From an uncultured Planctomycetota bacterium (GTDB taxonomy: Bacteria > Planctomycetota > Planctomycetia > Pirellulales > Lacipirellulaceae), in assembly GCA_963719315.1 (NCBI GenBank), contig CAVRBU010000017.1, positions 32,001 through 96,000 of the forward strand: DNA of 64,000 nt. The letters are read 5' to 3'. This document shows positions 10,956 through 21,586 of the stretch, piece after piece. The notes under the pieces were generated by a model. That model was not told where the DNA came from and ran no database searches. It saw only the letters and a list, made by a program, of their open reading frames with translations. Both the position numbers and the translations under genes were made by a program. The first letter of the stretch is position 1. Every line of letters begins with the position of its first letter.

Positions 10956-11164
10956 GTGATGCCCCAAGCCTTGACGCGGCGCAGAACGATGTCGCGGATT
11001 CGCTGAACTTCTTGTGGAGTCGCATCCGGAAAAGTTGCTTGGATCGAGTGCACGATGTAATCGCGACCTTGTTCAAAGAGCCTAAATCCCTCGCGCAGTC
11101 GCTCGTCGGCCGTCATGCCGGTTGCGAGTTTGGCGGCTCGTAATATCTCATCCATGCTTGCCAT
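10952..11164 (-). CDS. Small hypothetical helical protein (70 aa), antitoxin-like
   Basis: MTADERLREGFRLFE...IQATFPDATPQEV. It has an ATG start and a GTGA overlap with the next gene. Confidence 0.55.
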   Translation of the reverse strand: MASMDEILRAAKLATGMTADERLREGFRLFEQGRDYIVHSIQATFPDATPQEVQRIRDIVLRRVKAWGIT

Positions 11165-11236
11165 AGTATGGTGATGCCAAGCGTTAACGAACTGACTTAG
11201 AAGCGATCGGTCGTGGGGGAGAATGCTAACATCGTA

Positions 11237-13936
11237 TTATGCTTCCGGCGTCGCTCCTGGGGCTTCGTCGCCTTCTTCGCGTTCTTCCTTCGGCACGCGG
11301 ACGATTGCGGCTAGCGTGTCGCCTTCTTCGAGCGACATGATGCGGACTCCTTGCGTGTTGCGGCCGATGGGGTTGAAGTCGCTGACTTTTACCCGCTGGA
11401 TTTTGCCGCGGGCCGTCATCATCATCAGTTCATCATCATCGTTGACGGGAACGATGCCGATGACGGGGCCGTTGCGGTCGGTGGTTTTGATGTCGCGGAG
11501 GCCTTTGCCGCCGCGGCGTTGGGTGCGGTAGCGGAAGCTGGAGGAGGAACCTTCTTCTTCGGATTCCACGGTCGCTGAAGCGACCTCGCCGGCAGTTTCT
11601 TCCTCGGGAACCGCGTTGGGGCCGAAGGGGGTGCGTTTGCCGTAGCCGAGTTGGCAGGCGGTAAGGAGCGTGGCGTCGGGGTCGGCGACGACCATGCCGA
11701 CGAGGGTGTCGCCCTTCGAGAGCTTGACGCCTTTGACGCCGCTGGTGTTGCGGCCCATGGGGCGGGCGTCGGCTTCGTTGAAGCGAATCGCCATGCCGTT
11801 GGCCGTGGCGAGCACGATCTCGTCGCCTTGTTTGGTGATGGCGCAATCGACCAACTCGTCATCTTCCTTGAGCTTGATCGCGATGATGCCGCTTTTGAGA
11901 GGACGGCTGTACGCTTTGAGCTCCGTCTTTTTCACGAGGCCCTTGCGGGTGGCCATCATGAGATAATGGTCTGGCTGGTCGAAATCGCGGACGGCGCGGC
12001 AGTCGGCGATCGTTTCGCCTTCGGCCAGATTGAGCAAGTTCACTACCGCGCGGCCTTTGCTTTCGCGCGAGAGTTGCGGCAGGTTGTAGACCTTTTGCCA
12101 GTAGACCTTGCCCTTGGTGGTGAAGAAGAGCAGATAGTCGTGCGTGCTGGTGACGAACAGGTGCTCTACCGGGTCTTCTTCGTCGGTTTTGGCGCCTTTG
12201 ATGCCTTTGCCGCCGCGGCGTTGGGCGCGGTAGACGCTGGCCGGCGTGCGCTTGATGTAGCCGTTGTGCGAGATCGAGACGACCATCGTTTCTTCTTCGA
12301 TGAGGTCTTCGATGTCGACGCTACCGATTTCTTCGCCGCTGAGCTCGGTGCGGCGTTTGTCGGCGTATTTGCGCGAGAGCTCTTCGCAATCGTCGCGGAT
12401 CATGCGGTAGATGCGTGCTTCGTCGCCGAGGATGGCGAGGTATTCTTCGATTTGCTCCAGCAGCTTGGTGTGCTCATCGACGAGTTTCTCTTGCTCGAGA
12501 TTCACGAGTTGGCCGAGCGTCATCTTCAGGATGGCGTCTGCCTGGACGGGCGTGAGCGAGTAGTCTTCCGCGACGCCGCGTTCTTGCTGATATTGGCGGA
12601 AGCCGATTTCGCCGAGCGCGCGCTCCAGCATCGCGGCGGGCGTTTTGATGGCGATGAGCCGCTCTTTGGCTTCGATCTGCGTCTTGGAAGCGCGGATGAC
12701 GCGGATCACTTCGTCGATGTTGGCGTGGGCCAGCAGCAAGCCTTGCACCGTATGCTTGCGACGCCGGGCGCGGGAGAGCAGGAACTGCGTCCGCCGGCGG
12801 ATGACAATAAATCGATGACGCACGAACTCCTGAAGCATCTCTTTGAGCGAGAGCGTGCGTGGTTTGCCGTCCACGAGTGCCAGCAAGATAATCGAGAACG
12901 AATCTTGCAGCGGCGTGAATTTGTAGAGCTGGTTAAGGACAACGTCCGGATCGGCGTCCTTCTTCAGGTCGATGACGATCCGTACGGGCTCTTTGAGGTC
13001 GCTTTCGTCGCGGACGCCGGCGATGCCGGAGATGCGACCTTCGTTGGCCACGTCGGAAATTTTCTTGATGACGGGGTCGCGGGTTTGCTGATAGGGGATG
13101 TCGTTGACGATGATGCGGTAGCGGTCGCCCTTGCGCTGTTCGATCGTGGTTTTGGAGCGGACGACGATCGTGCTGCGGCCCGTTTCGTAGCCTTTCCAGA
13201 TGGCCGTCTTACCGCAGATGATGCCGCCGGTGGGGAAGTCGGGCCCGGGAATATGCTCCATCAACTGCTGTACGCTAATGTTCGGATCATCGATGAGCGC
13301 GACGAGTCCGCTGCAGACTTCGCCCAAGTTGTGCGGCGGGATCGACGTGGCCATGCCAACGGCGATACCGCCGGAGCCGTTCACCAGCAGGTTCGGGAAC
13401 TTCGATGGCAGCACGGTCGGTTCGGTGTGCCGTTCGTCGTAAGTGGGGACGAAATCGACGGTGTCGAGCTTGATGTCTTCGAGCATGGTCGCCGCAAAGG
13501 GCGACAGACGGGCTTCCGTGTACCGCATGGCGGCGGGCGGCAGGCCGGCGATCGAACCGAAGTTCCCTTGCTTGTCGATCAGCAGGCACCGCATGTTCCA
13601 GTCTTGGGCCATGCGGACGAGCGTGGGATAGATGACGCTTTCGCCATGCGGATGGTAGTTGCCGCTCGTATCGCCGGAGATTTTGGCGCACTTCACGCGG
13701 CCGGCGCCGGGAGTGAGGTTGAGGTCGTTCATCGCCACCAGAATCCGCCGTTGCGAGGGCTTGAGGCCGTCGCGCACGTCGGGAAGAGCCCGGCTCACGA
13801 TCACGCTCATGGCGTACGTGAGATAGCTGTCCTTGAGCTCGTCTTCGATCGGCAAGTCGATGAGCCGCAAGGCGATCGCTTGTTCTTGCGGGTCTTCGGG
13901 CGGGGTAGGATCGGTGGGACCGGTGGACACAATCAC
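11237..13936 (-). CDS. gyrA: DNA gyrase subunit A
   Basis: [25 protein letters not shown] with the catalytic Tyr, GyrA-box QRRGGKG and beta-pinwheel repeats. Confidence 0.97.
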   Translation of the reverse strand: MIVSTGPTDPTPPEDPQEQAIALRLIDLPIEDELKDSYLTYAMSVIVSRALPDVRDGLKPSQRRILVAMNDLNLTPGAGRVKCAKISGDTSGNYHPHGESVIYPTLVRMAQDWNMRCLLIDKQGNFGSIAGLPPAAMRYTEARLSPFAATMLEDIKLDTVDFVPTYDERHTEPTVLPSKFPNLLVNGSGGIAVGMATSIPPHNLGEVCSGLVALIDDPNISVQQLMEHIPGPDFPTGGIICGKTAIWKGYETGRSTIVVRSKTTIEQRKGDRYRIIVNDIPYQQTRDPVIKKISDVANEGRISGIAGVRDESDLKEPVRIVIDLKKDADPDVVLNQLYKFTPLQDSFSIILLALVDGKPRTLSLKEMLQEFVRHRFIVIRRRTQFLLSRARRRKHTVQGLLLAHANIDEVIRVIRASKTQIEAKERLIAIKTPAAMLERALGEIGFRQYQQERGVAEDYSLTPVQADAILKMTLGQLVNLEQEKLVDEHTKLLEQIEEYLAILGDEARIYRMIRDDCEELSRKYADKRRTELSGEEIGSVDIEDLIEEETMVVSISHNGYIKRTPASVYRAQRRGGKGIKGAKTDEEDPVEHLFVTSTHDYLLFFTTKGKVYWQKVYNLPQLSRESKGRAVVNLLNLAEGETIADCRAVRDFDQPDHYLMMATRKGLVKKTELKAYSRPLKSGIIAIKLKEDDELVDCAITKQGDEIVLATANGMAIRFNEADARPMGRNTSGVKGVKLSKGDTLVGMVVADPDATLLTACQLGYGKRTPFGPNAVPEEETAGEVASATVESEEEGSSSSFRYRTQRRGGKGLRDIKTTDRNGPVIGIVPVNDDDELMMMTARGKIQRVKVSDFNPIGRNTQGVRIMSLEEGDTLAAIVRVPKEEREEGDEAPGATPEA

Positions 13937-13994
13937 ATCCTTTCAGGCGCGCGACGGCAGGGCGCCAATTTCAATTCTCAAAGAAAGGCAGTCT

Positions 13995-14148
13995 CACGCG
14001 GAGGCGCAGAGGGCTCGGAGGAGGGAAACGCTACTTGACGCTAATAATCACTGATTCTGGTATCAGTGTCGATTAGTGCTGATTAGTGTTCCAATCAATC
14101 GTTGATAGCAGCAGCAATGGCTCTCTGCGTCCTCTGGGCCACTGCGTG
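13995..14148. repeat. Nested periodic hairpins in the gyrA/dnaE divergent intergenic region
   Basis: Outer arms cacgcggaggcgcagag and ctctgcgtcctctgggccactgcgtg. Inner arms cgctaataatcactgat and atcagtgtcgattagtgctgattagtg. Confidence 0.72.
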
Positions 14149-14316
14149 TAATGTTTACAGCAAATGGCAAAAAGCGTGTTCGTTTAGTGTATTTCTGAGA
14201 GTCTGAAATATATCATTTTTTCCGTCTGTTCTCAACCGGCAGTCGGCTCGTGGCGAGTGGTGGCGCGAAGCGGTAGAATGACGGGCGAAGTGCGCAATTT
14301 TGGGAAAGGAATCGCC

Positions 14317-17300
14317 GTGACCACGCCGCCGTTTGCTCATCTGCATTGCCATAGCCATTACAGCCTGTTGGATGGGGCCAGCCCGATCGACTCACTGGTC
14401 GAGCGGGCCAAAGAGCTGGGGATGAACGCGCTGGCGATTACGGACCACGGCAATCTGTACGGTGCGCTGGAGTTTTACGTCGCCTGCCGCGATGCGGGGA
14501 TCAATCCGATCGTCGGTTACGAGGCGTATGTTGCACCTGGCAGCCGATTCGATCGCAGCGCGAGTTCAAAGGGCGAAACGAGCTATCATCTCACGCTACT
14601 GGCCGCGAATCGCACAGGCTTTGAAAACCTGGTAAAGCTCTCAAGCAAGGCATTCTTGGAGGGGTTTTATCACAAGCCGCGAATCGATCGCGAATTGTTG
14701 GCTGCCCACTGCGAGGGGATCGTGTGCCTGAGCGGGTGCGTATCGGGCGAACTTAGCCGCGCGCTGCTCTCCGGCAACACGGCCGATGAAGCGCTCGCGC
14801 GGGGTGAGGAGCATGCGGCGTGGTTTCATCGCACGTTCCGCGAGCGGTACTTCGTAGAGATTCAAAACAACGGGCTTGAAATGCAGCGGCAGGCGTTGGA
14901 ATTGTCGGTCGCGCTGGCGAAGCGGATGGGATTGCCGATCGTGGCGACCAGCGATGCCCACTACGTTCGCCGCGAGGACGCGGTGGCGCAGGACGTACTG
15001 CTGTGCATCAACACGGGCAAGTTCCGCACGGATACGAACCGGATGCGGATGGAGGGCGATCAGTTTTTCTTGCGCAGTCCGGAAGAGATGTACGCGGCGT
15101 TCACCGGCCTGGAAGACGCGGTGGCCCGCAGCCAGCAGATTGCCGACGGCATCGACTTGCAATTGGAACTCGGCAAGCGGCACTTCCCGGCATTCGCGCC
15201 TCCCGCCGGAAAGACGACCGCCGCTTATTTGCGCGAGTTGTGCGAAGCGGGCGTGCGCGAGCGGTACGCCGAGGACGCGCGACGTTGGCAGAAAATCGAT
15301 CCGCAATCGGGTGTGCTGGCCGACGATGTTCGCCAGCGGCTGGAGCGCGAACTAGAAGTCATCGAGAAGCTCGGCTTTTGCGATTATTTTCTGATCGTGT
15401 GGGACTTTGTGCGGTACGCCATGGATCATGGCATTCCCTGCACTGCCCGCGGGTCGGGCGTTGGGTCGTTGGTGTGTTATGCGCTGCACATCAGCCACGT
15501 CTGCCCGTTGCAATACGACCTGCTGTTTGAGCGATTTTTGGACGAAAATCGCCGCGAAGCGCCTGATATCGACATCGACTTCTGCAAGGATCGCCGCGGC
15601 GAAGTCATCCAATATGTTAAGGACAAATACGGCGAGGCAAACGTCGCCCAGATCGGCACTTTCGGCACGCTCGCGGCCCGGGCGGCGATTCGCGACGTTG
15701 GCCGCACACTGGGCATGCCGATTTTCCGCGTCGATCAGATCGTGGCGATGGTGCCCGATCAACTTGGCATTGAGCTCAAGGATGCGCTCGAGCAGAGCGA
15801 TGAACTAAGGAAGACGTATGAGTCAGATGGCGAAATCCACGAGCTGATCGACCTGGCAATGAAGGTCGAAGGCCTGGCGCGAAACGTCGGCACGCATGCG
15901 GCGGCCGTCGTCATTGCCGAGAAGCCAGTCGATCAATACGTGCCATTGCAATACGTGAAAGGAAAAACGGAAGTCATCACGCAATGGGCGATGGGCGACG
16001 TCGAGCGGGCCGGCCTGTTGAAGATGGATTTTCTCGGATTGCGCAACCTCACTATTCTGGCGAAGGCGGTCGAACTCGTTCAACAATCGCGCGGCGAGCG
16101 AATCGATCCGCACAAGTTTCCGCTGGATGACGCCAAAACGTTCGCCGTGTTCTGCCGCGGCGAGACGAAAGGCATCTTCCAGTTCGAAAGTGGCGGCATT
16201 CGAGACCTGTTGCAGCGGATGAAGCCCGATCACTTCCGCGACATTATCGCCACGAACGCGCTCTATCGCCCGGGTCCGCTCGAAGGCGGACTAGTCGACG
16301 ATTACATCGAAGTAAAGCACGGCCGCAAGCAGGCCTACTATCCGCATCCCGTGATGCGCGAGGTGCTCGAAGAAACGCACGGTGTGATGGTGTTCCAAGA
16401 ACAAGTGATGCGAATTCTCAACCTGCTGGGCGGCATCAAGCTGGCCGACGCGTACACTTGCATCAAGGCGATCAGCAAGAAGAAGTTGGAGATGATCGCC
16501 AAGTTTCGCGAGGCGTTTATCGAAGGGGCGCGAGAAAAAGGGCTCGAAAAGAAGAAGGCCGAGGAGTTGTTCAGCCAGATCGAGAAATTCGCGGGCTATG
16601 GCTTCAATAAGTCGCACAGTACCGCATATGCGCTGATTGCCTATCAGACCGCCTACTTGAAGGCACACTACCCGGTCGAGTTCATGGCGGCCCTGCTGTC
16701 GGGCGATATCCAGGGACGCAACTTCAAGAGTAAGGATCCGCTCGTCGAGCATCTGGAAGATTGCAAGCGGATGGAGGTGGTCGTGGTGCCTCCGAATGTG
16801 AACCGGTCAGAAGTGGATTTCGCCGTCGCAGGCAAGGAGATTTTATTCGGTTTGAGCGCGATCAAAGGTTGCGGCAGCGGCGCGGCGGAAGCAATTTCCA
16901 CAGCTCGGCGGCTGGATGGCGAATTTACGAGCCTGTTTAACTTCTGCGAGCGCGTCGATCCGCAGGCGTGTGGCCGAGCAGCGATCGAAACGCTCGTAAA
17001 AGCCGGGGCATTCGATTCGCTCGGTGCGAAGCGGGCACAATTGATGGCGGCGATCGACCGGGCAATGCAAAGCGGCGCCGCAGTGCTTGCCGATCGCAAG
17101 AGTGGCCAGCGCGGTTTGTTCGATGGCGATGCTGACGAGTCGGCCATGACGACGAACATGGCGCTGCCGAACGTGCCGGAGTTTCCTGAAAAGGAAAAGC
17201 TGGGTATGGAGAAGGAAGTCCTCGGCTACTATCTCACAAGCCATCCGCTTTCGCAGCACGAGGCCATGCTGCGTATGTATTGCTCCCACACAAGCGCGCA

Positions 17301-17910
17301 GTTGCCTAGTCTGGAAGCTCGCAGCGAAGTGTTTGTCGGCGGCATGCTGGCCGCCATCAAGTTCTCGCACACGAAGAATCCGCGACCGGGCAGCACGCAA
17401 ACCAAGTACGCGATGTGGGATCTGGAAGACCTCGATGGCAATGTGCGGTGCATCATGTGGCCGGAACAGTTTGCCGAGTTCGGCGAGCTCGTGAAGCCGG
17501 ATGCGATCCTGGCAGTGCGGGCGGCCATCGATCGCCGGCCGGGCGCCGAGGAAATCAATCTGATCGTCAACGAATTGATTCCGCTCGAAGAACTTTCGGC
17601 GCGATTTTCGAACGGCGTTTTGATTCGCGTTCGTGAAGACACGCATGGCATCGATATTCTTACGCCGCTCCGTGAAATCGTGCGCGGGTACCCGGGGAGC
17701 AAGCCGCTTCGCTTGCGGCTCGATCTGGCCGAGGGGGGGAGTGTGACGCTCGATTGCGCGAAGAGCGCGGTGTCGCTCGATCCCGAGCTCCGCCGCCGGG
17801 TTGAGGAGCTACTGGGTCCGGCCAGCTTCCGCGTCATGGCCGCACCGCTGCGGCCGACGCCGCAGCAGCAAAACGGCAATAACCGTCGGCGGGCGATGGC
17901 GCGAAGCTGA
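14317..17910 (+). CDS. dnaE: DNA polymerase III alpha subunit
   Basis: PHP motifs HLHCHSHYS and TDHG; RGSGVGS; PDIDIDF; YGFNKSH. GTG start preceded by AAGGA. Confidence 0.97.
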   Translation: MTTPPFAHLHCHSHYSLLDGASPIDSLVERAKELGMNALAITDHGNLYGALEFYVACRDAGINPIVGYEAYVAPGSRFDRSASSKGETSYHLTLLAANRTGFENLVKLSSKAFLEGFYHKPRIDRELLAAHCEGIVCLSGCVSGELSRALLSGNTADEALARGEEHAAWFHRTFRERYFVEIQNNGLEMQRQALELSVALAKRMGLPIVATSDAHYVRREDAVAQDVLLCINTGKFRTDTNRMRMEGDQFFLRSPEEMYAAFTGLEDAVARSQQIADGIDLQLELGKRHFPAFAPPAGKTTAAYLRELCEAGVRERYAEDARRWQKIDPQSGVLADDVRQRLERELEVIEKLGFCDYFLIVWDFVRYAMDHGIPCTARGSGVGSLVCYALHISHVCPLQYDLLFERFLDENRREAPDIDIDFCKDRRGEVIQYVKDKYGEANVAQIGTFGTLAARAAIRDVGRTLGMPIFRVDQIVAMVPDQLGIELKDALEQSDELRKTYESDGEIHELIDLAMKVEGLARNVGTHAAAVVIAEKPVDQYVPLQYVKGKTEVITQWAMGDVERAGLLKMDFLGLRNLTILAKAVELVQQSRGERIDPHKFPLDDAKTFAVFCRGETKGIFQFESGGIRDLLQRMKPDHFRDIIATNALYRPGPLEGGLVDDYIEVKHGRKQAYYPHPVMREVLEETHGVMVFQEQVMRILNLLGGIKLADAYTCIKAISKKKLEMIAKFREAFIEGAREKGLEKKKAEELFSQIEKFAGYGFNKSHSTAYALIAYQTAYLKAHYPVEFMAALLSGDIQGRNFKSKDPLVEHLEDCKRMEVVVVPPNVNRSEVDFAVAGKEILFGLSAIKGCGSGAAEAISTARRLDGEFTSLFNFCERVDPQACGRAAIETLVKAGAFDSLGAKRAQLMAAIDRAMQSGAAVLADRKSGQRGLFDGDADESAMTTNMALPNVPEFPEKEKLGMEKEVLGYYLTSHPLSQHEAMLRMYCSHTSAQLPSLEARSEVFVGGMLAAIKFSHTKNPRPGSTQTKYAMWDLEDLDGNVRCIMWPEQFAEFGELVKPDAILAVRAAIDRRPGAEEINLIVNELIPLEELSARFSNGVLIRVREDTHGIDILTPLREIVRGYPGSKPLRLRLDLAEGGSVTLDCAKSAVSLDPELRRRVEELLGPASFRVMAAPLRPTPQQQNGNNRRRAMARS

Positions 17911-18037
17911 CTTTAGGCGGATAACAATTCGCAATTGGTATCAAGGGTTGTTATACTCTCTACGTTCGGCTTCGGCCTGTGGCCCGGCGGCAACCACCAC
18001 AGTCGCCCCATGAGTTGGACCGCGAGCAGGAGCATAA

Positions 18038-19699
18038 GTGTCTTCACCGTTACAACATCTCGATTTGACACTTGTCGTCAGGAGCAGCTATAGGCGATGG
18101 TTAATTGCTTCAGTAATCGCCGTGCTTACCTTCTGTGATGCTCGAAAGGCCGTCCTGGCGGCGGTAACATTCAGCGGTGATGCGACAACCTTGGTTGGCG
18201 GACAGGCACAAATCGGAGGCTCGGGCTTTGGCACACTTCGTATCGATGGTGGCAGTTCGTATGCGCCAAGTTCGGCGATAATCGGTGCTACGTCCTCCGC
18301 CGTTGGTTTTGCGACAGTGACCGGCGCTGGCTCGCAGTGGACGCTGACCAGTGGGTCGATGGACGTGGGCAGCAATGGCTTCGGACGATTAGATATTCTT
18401 AGTGGCGGCTATGTTTCCAATCTTGCCTTGGCGTCCACCGTGCGGATAGCCGTTTACCCGACTAGTCAGGGCACGCTCGTGGTCGATGGCGCGGGCTCGG
18501 CACTCTATTCATGGGGCAGTCTGTCGCTTGGCGAGTCCCTGACGAGTGGCGGCTCCGCGCTATTGCAGATCTCGAATAGTGCCGTCGTGAATGCACGCTC
18601 AACCACTACGATTTGGACCGGCGGCCGCGTGGAATTGAGCGGCGGCACCTTGCGTACCAATGGCCTAGCAACCAATGGCGTGATCGCCGGCTCGGGCGAG
18701 CTGTTTTCCACCTCGTCCGCCGCGGTCACCAATGGCGGCCGGATCGAAGCCAGCTCGGGCAACGTCTTGAAAATCAGCGGGGCGATGGCGAGTGTCCAAA
18801 ACGACGGCGTCATTTCCGGGAACGGCGCAACGCTCGAATTCCAGCGTGCGATCACCAATTCCTCAAACGGCAACGCGGAAATCACCCTCCGCAGCAGCCT
18901 GATGCGAGCCGGCACGCTCGTCACCAGTGGACCGCAGCTTACGAACGCCGGTGTGCTGGCCGCCACCGGCGGCTTGAACGATTTTTACGGCCGCATCACC
19001 AACTCAACGTCCGGCAACGTCGCAGTCACCAACAACAGTACGATCATTTTTCACGACAGCCTCACCGCCGACGGCGGAACGGTCACCGTCTTTCCCGGTT
19101 CCTCCGCCGTGTTTCTCAAAGACTTGACGGTCGCCCCGGGCGCTGTGCTGCTGGCCGATCTGGCCGGCACAAACACCAACAGTGGCTACGGAAAAGTCGA
19201 AGTCGTCGGCAACGCGAACCTCAGCGGAAGCCTACAAATCTCGCTCGAATCTGGATACACGCCCCACCTTGCCGACTCGTACCCCCTCATGACGGCGAGC
19301 GCAATTTCAGGAACCCTGACGCTGGGGTCTGCACCGTCTCTTCCGTCCAATCTTGCGTGGAACCTCGCCGGCGACGAGCACCGGATTGTGCTCAGCGTCG
19401 TGCCCGCTCTCGCCGGCGATTACAACGCCGACGGCAAAGTGGACGGCGCCGATTACGTGGCGTGGCGCAAGATGCAAAACCGCACCGGCGACGGCCTGGC
19501 AGCCGACGGCAACGGCGATCGCGTCGTCAACACCGCCGACTACGATTTCTGGCGCACCCACTATGGCGACGCACTTACCGGCGGTAGCTCAACCAGAGCC
19601 GCCGTCTCAGAGCCAACGACCATGGCATTGCTTTTACTTGGAAGCTTTACGATTGTCAGTTTGCGGCGGAAGTCATTTGACGCTCGAATAGTGCTATAA
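18038..19699 (+). CDS. Secreted Gly/Ser-rich beta-repeat protein with dockerin-like repeats and PEP-CTERM-like tail
   Basis: ATVTGAGSQW-type repeats, GDYNADGKVDGADY and DGNGDRVVNTADY. The tail is VSEP, a hydrophobic helix and RRK. Start codon uncertain. Confidence 0.75.
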   Translation: MSSPLQHLDLTLVVRSSYRRWLIASVIAVLTFCDARKAVLAAVTFSGDATTLVGGQAQIGGSGFGTLRIDGGSSYAPSSAIIGATSSAVGFATVTGAGSQWTLTSGSMDVGSNGFGRLDILSGGYVSNLALASTVRIAVYPTSQGTLVVDGAGSALYSWGSLSLGESLTSGGSALLQISNSAVVNARSTTTIWTGGRVELSGGTLRTNGLATNGVIAGSGELFSTSSAAVTNGGRIEASSGNVLKISGAMASVQNDGVISGNGATLEFQRAITNSSNGNAEITLRSSLMRAGTLVTSGPQLTNAGVLAATGGLNDFYGRITNSTSGNVAVTNNSTIIFHDSLTADGGTVTVFPGSSAVFLKDLTVAPGAVLLADLAGTNTNSGYGKVEVVGNANLSGSLQISLESGYTPHLADSYPLMTASAISGTLTLGSAPSLPSNLAWNLAGDEHRIVLSVVPALAGDYNADGKVDGADYVAWRKMQNRTGDGLAADGNGDRVVNTADYDFWRTHYGDALTGGSSTRAAVSEPTTMALLLLGSFTIVSLRRKSFDARIVL

Positions 19700-19754
19700 T
19701 TCGGTATGTCGCTCACGTGAGAGAACATCGCCATATCCCTGGGCATCATCACGG

Positions 19755-20033
19755 CCCGACCTCGAACAATTTGTTCAGGGTCAACTAGCGTCCGATAAGT
19801 ATCAATCGACCACTGAAGTTGTATGTGATGCGGTGCGATTGCTCCGAGATCGTGAACAACGGCTCAAATCGCTGCGATAAGAAATAGATCGTGGAATCGC
19901 CCAACTGGACAGCGGCGACTTCATTGAACTCGATTCAAAAGCTGCATTACAGGATTTTTTTGAAGATATCGAATCGCGGCCAGCTGCAAAGAAAAATCTT
20001 AGTATCTTAGCGGCCCTCCGCGACTCTGCGTGA
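19755..20033 (+). pseudogene. ParD-like (ribbon-helix-helix) antitoxin remnant with in-frame stop
   Basis: Manual translation gives PDLEQFVQGQLASDKYQSTTEVVCDAVRLLRDREQRLKSLR*EIDRGIAQLDSGDF, with TAA at 19878. No clear start codon. Confidence 0.75.
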
Positions 20034-20042
20034 GTCCATCCC

Positions 20043-21017
20043 ATGCCGCAAATCAATCGCATCTTGGTCACCGGCGGGGCCGGGTTCTTGGGGTCGCATC
20101 TCTGCGAGCGTCTCGTGGAACAGGGGCACGACGTCGTGTGCGTCGATAACTTCTTTACCAGCCAGAAGACGAATGTGGCCCATTTGCTTGGTCGGCCGAA
20201 CTTCGACCTGATCCGGCACGATATCACGCAGCCGATCGTGTTGGAGGTGGATCAGGTTTACAACCTGGCCTGCCCCGCCGCGCCGGGGCACTATCAATAC
20301 AATCCGATCAAAACGCTGAAGACGTCGGTAATGGGCGCGATCAATACGCTGGGGCTGGCGAAGCGTTGCCGGGCGAAGATTCTGCAGGCCTCGACCAGCG
20401 AAGTGTACGGCGATCCGGAAGTGCATCCGCAGCCGGAGTCGTATCGCGGGGCAGTCAACCCGGTCGGGCCGCGGGCGTGTTACGACGAGGGCAAACGAGC
20501 GGCCGAGACGTTGTTCATGGACTACCATCGGATGCACAAGTTGAATCTGCGAATCGTGCGGATCTTCAACACGTACGGGCCGCGGATGCATCCGTTCGAT
20601 GGCCGCGTGGTGTCGAACTTCATTCGGCAGGCACTGCGGGGCGAGGACATTACGATCTTCGGCGACGGTAGCCAGACGCGGTCGTTTTGTTATCGAGACG
20701 ATTTGGTCGAAGGCATGCTGCGGATGATGGCCGGGCCGGACGATTTCATCGGCCCGGTGAATCTCGGCAACCCGGACGAATTCACCATTCTGGAATTGGC
20801 CAAGCTGGTGATCGAACTGACGGGCAGCCGATCGAAAGTCATTCACAAGGACTTGCCGGTTGATGACCCGACGCGGCGGCGGCCCGACATCTCGTTGGCG
20901 CAGGAAAAACTGGGCTGGAAGCCGCAGACACCATTGCGTGCCGGATTGGAAAAAACTATCGCGTGGTTTCGCTCGATCAAGTGGGAAGAGTATCGCGCAC
21001 CGACGCCGAATTATTAG
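20043..21017 (+). CDS. UDP-glucuronate decarboxylase-like extended SDR (UDP-xylose synthase)
   Basis: [33 protein letters not shown] and DGRVVSNF. Confidence 0.92.
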   Translation: MPQINRILVTGGAGFLGSHLCERLVEQGHDVVCVDNFFTSQKTNVAHLLGRPNFDLIRHDITQPIVLEVDQVYNLACPAAPGHYQYNPIKTLKTSVMGAINTLGLAKRCRAKILQASTSEVYGDPEVHPQPESYRGAVNPVGPRACYDEGKRAAETLFMDYHRMHKLNLRIVRIFNTYGPRMHPFDGRVVSNFIRQALRGEDITIFGDGSQTRSFCYRDDLVEGMLRMMAGPDDFIGPVNLGNPDEFTILELAKLVIELTGSRSKVIHKDLPVDDPTRRRPDISLAQEKLGWKPQTPLRAGLEKTIAWFRSIKWEEYRAPTPNY

Positions 21018-21067
21018 TGGGCGGTGTGTAGCGGCGCACCGGCGACCTGTAAGATCGCGGCTATTCG

Positions 21068-21514
21068 TTACTTGCTGCCGCGCGTTCGTTGATCGAGAAT
21101 CTTGCGTAAAACAACGAAGAGCAGCAATCCGACCGCCGCTCCGGAGGCATCGGCCACCCAATCCCAAAATTCACAGTCGCGGCCAACCGGGATTTGCGAG
21201 ACTTCGTCGAACGCGCCGTACAGAACGATGCCGAACCACGCCATCGCCAAATGGCGACTGTTGAGACGGCCGACCGCCAACTCCCAGGTCGTCGCGAGCA
21301 GCAGGGCGAGCGCGGCGTAGGCCGTTGCATGTTCGACCTTATCGTTCGTTCCGGTCGGCAACAGCTTTGAAGCGGGCGGCAAATGCGTGGCAGTGAACAA
21401 AGCCAGCCAGAAGAGGGCCAGCGCAATTTTGCAGAGCGTCGCGATCTTGGATCGACTCAATGGAGTAGCCTTCTCCCGTGCCAGGCGGGTTGATTGCAGG
21501 ATTGATTTCGACAA
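21068..21514 (-). CDS. VanZ-like membrane protein
   Basis: DKVEHATAY and DEVSQIPVGRDCEFWDWVAD, with several TM segments. Confidence 0.8.
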   Translation of the reverse strand: MSKSILQSTRLAREKATPLSRSKIATLCKIALALFWLALFTATHLPPASKLLPTGTNDKVEHATAYAALALLLATTWELAVGRLNSRHLAMAWFGIVLYGAFDEVSQIPVGRDCEFWDWVADASGAAVGLLLFVVLRKILDQRTRGSK

Positions 21515-21586
21515 AGTAAGTTGATGGTTTGTTGTACGGCGTTTATCAGGTTGCCGCGAGTGCTTTTCGAGATTCCGAGGTGCCGC

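Noticed and set aside
11500..12235. Two QRRGGKG motifs in GyrA
   Set aside because: Pinwheel blades are repeats and often keep GyrA-box-like sequence, so this is not unusual.
11651..14038. 795-aa ORF on + strand, and similar long antisense ORFs (40043-41836, 60953-62362, 46844-47968)
   Set aside because: Shadows of gyrA, FAAL, ald and ilvC produced by high-GC codon bias; no recognisable motifs.
14317..17910. Possible intein in DnaE (or GyrA)
   Set aside because: Lengths are ordinary, and no splice-junction or homing endonuclease motifs were seen.
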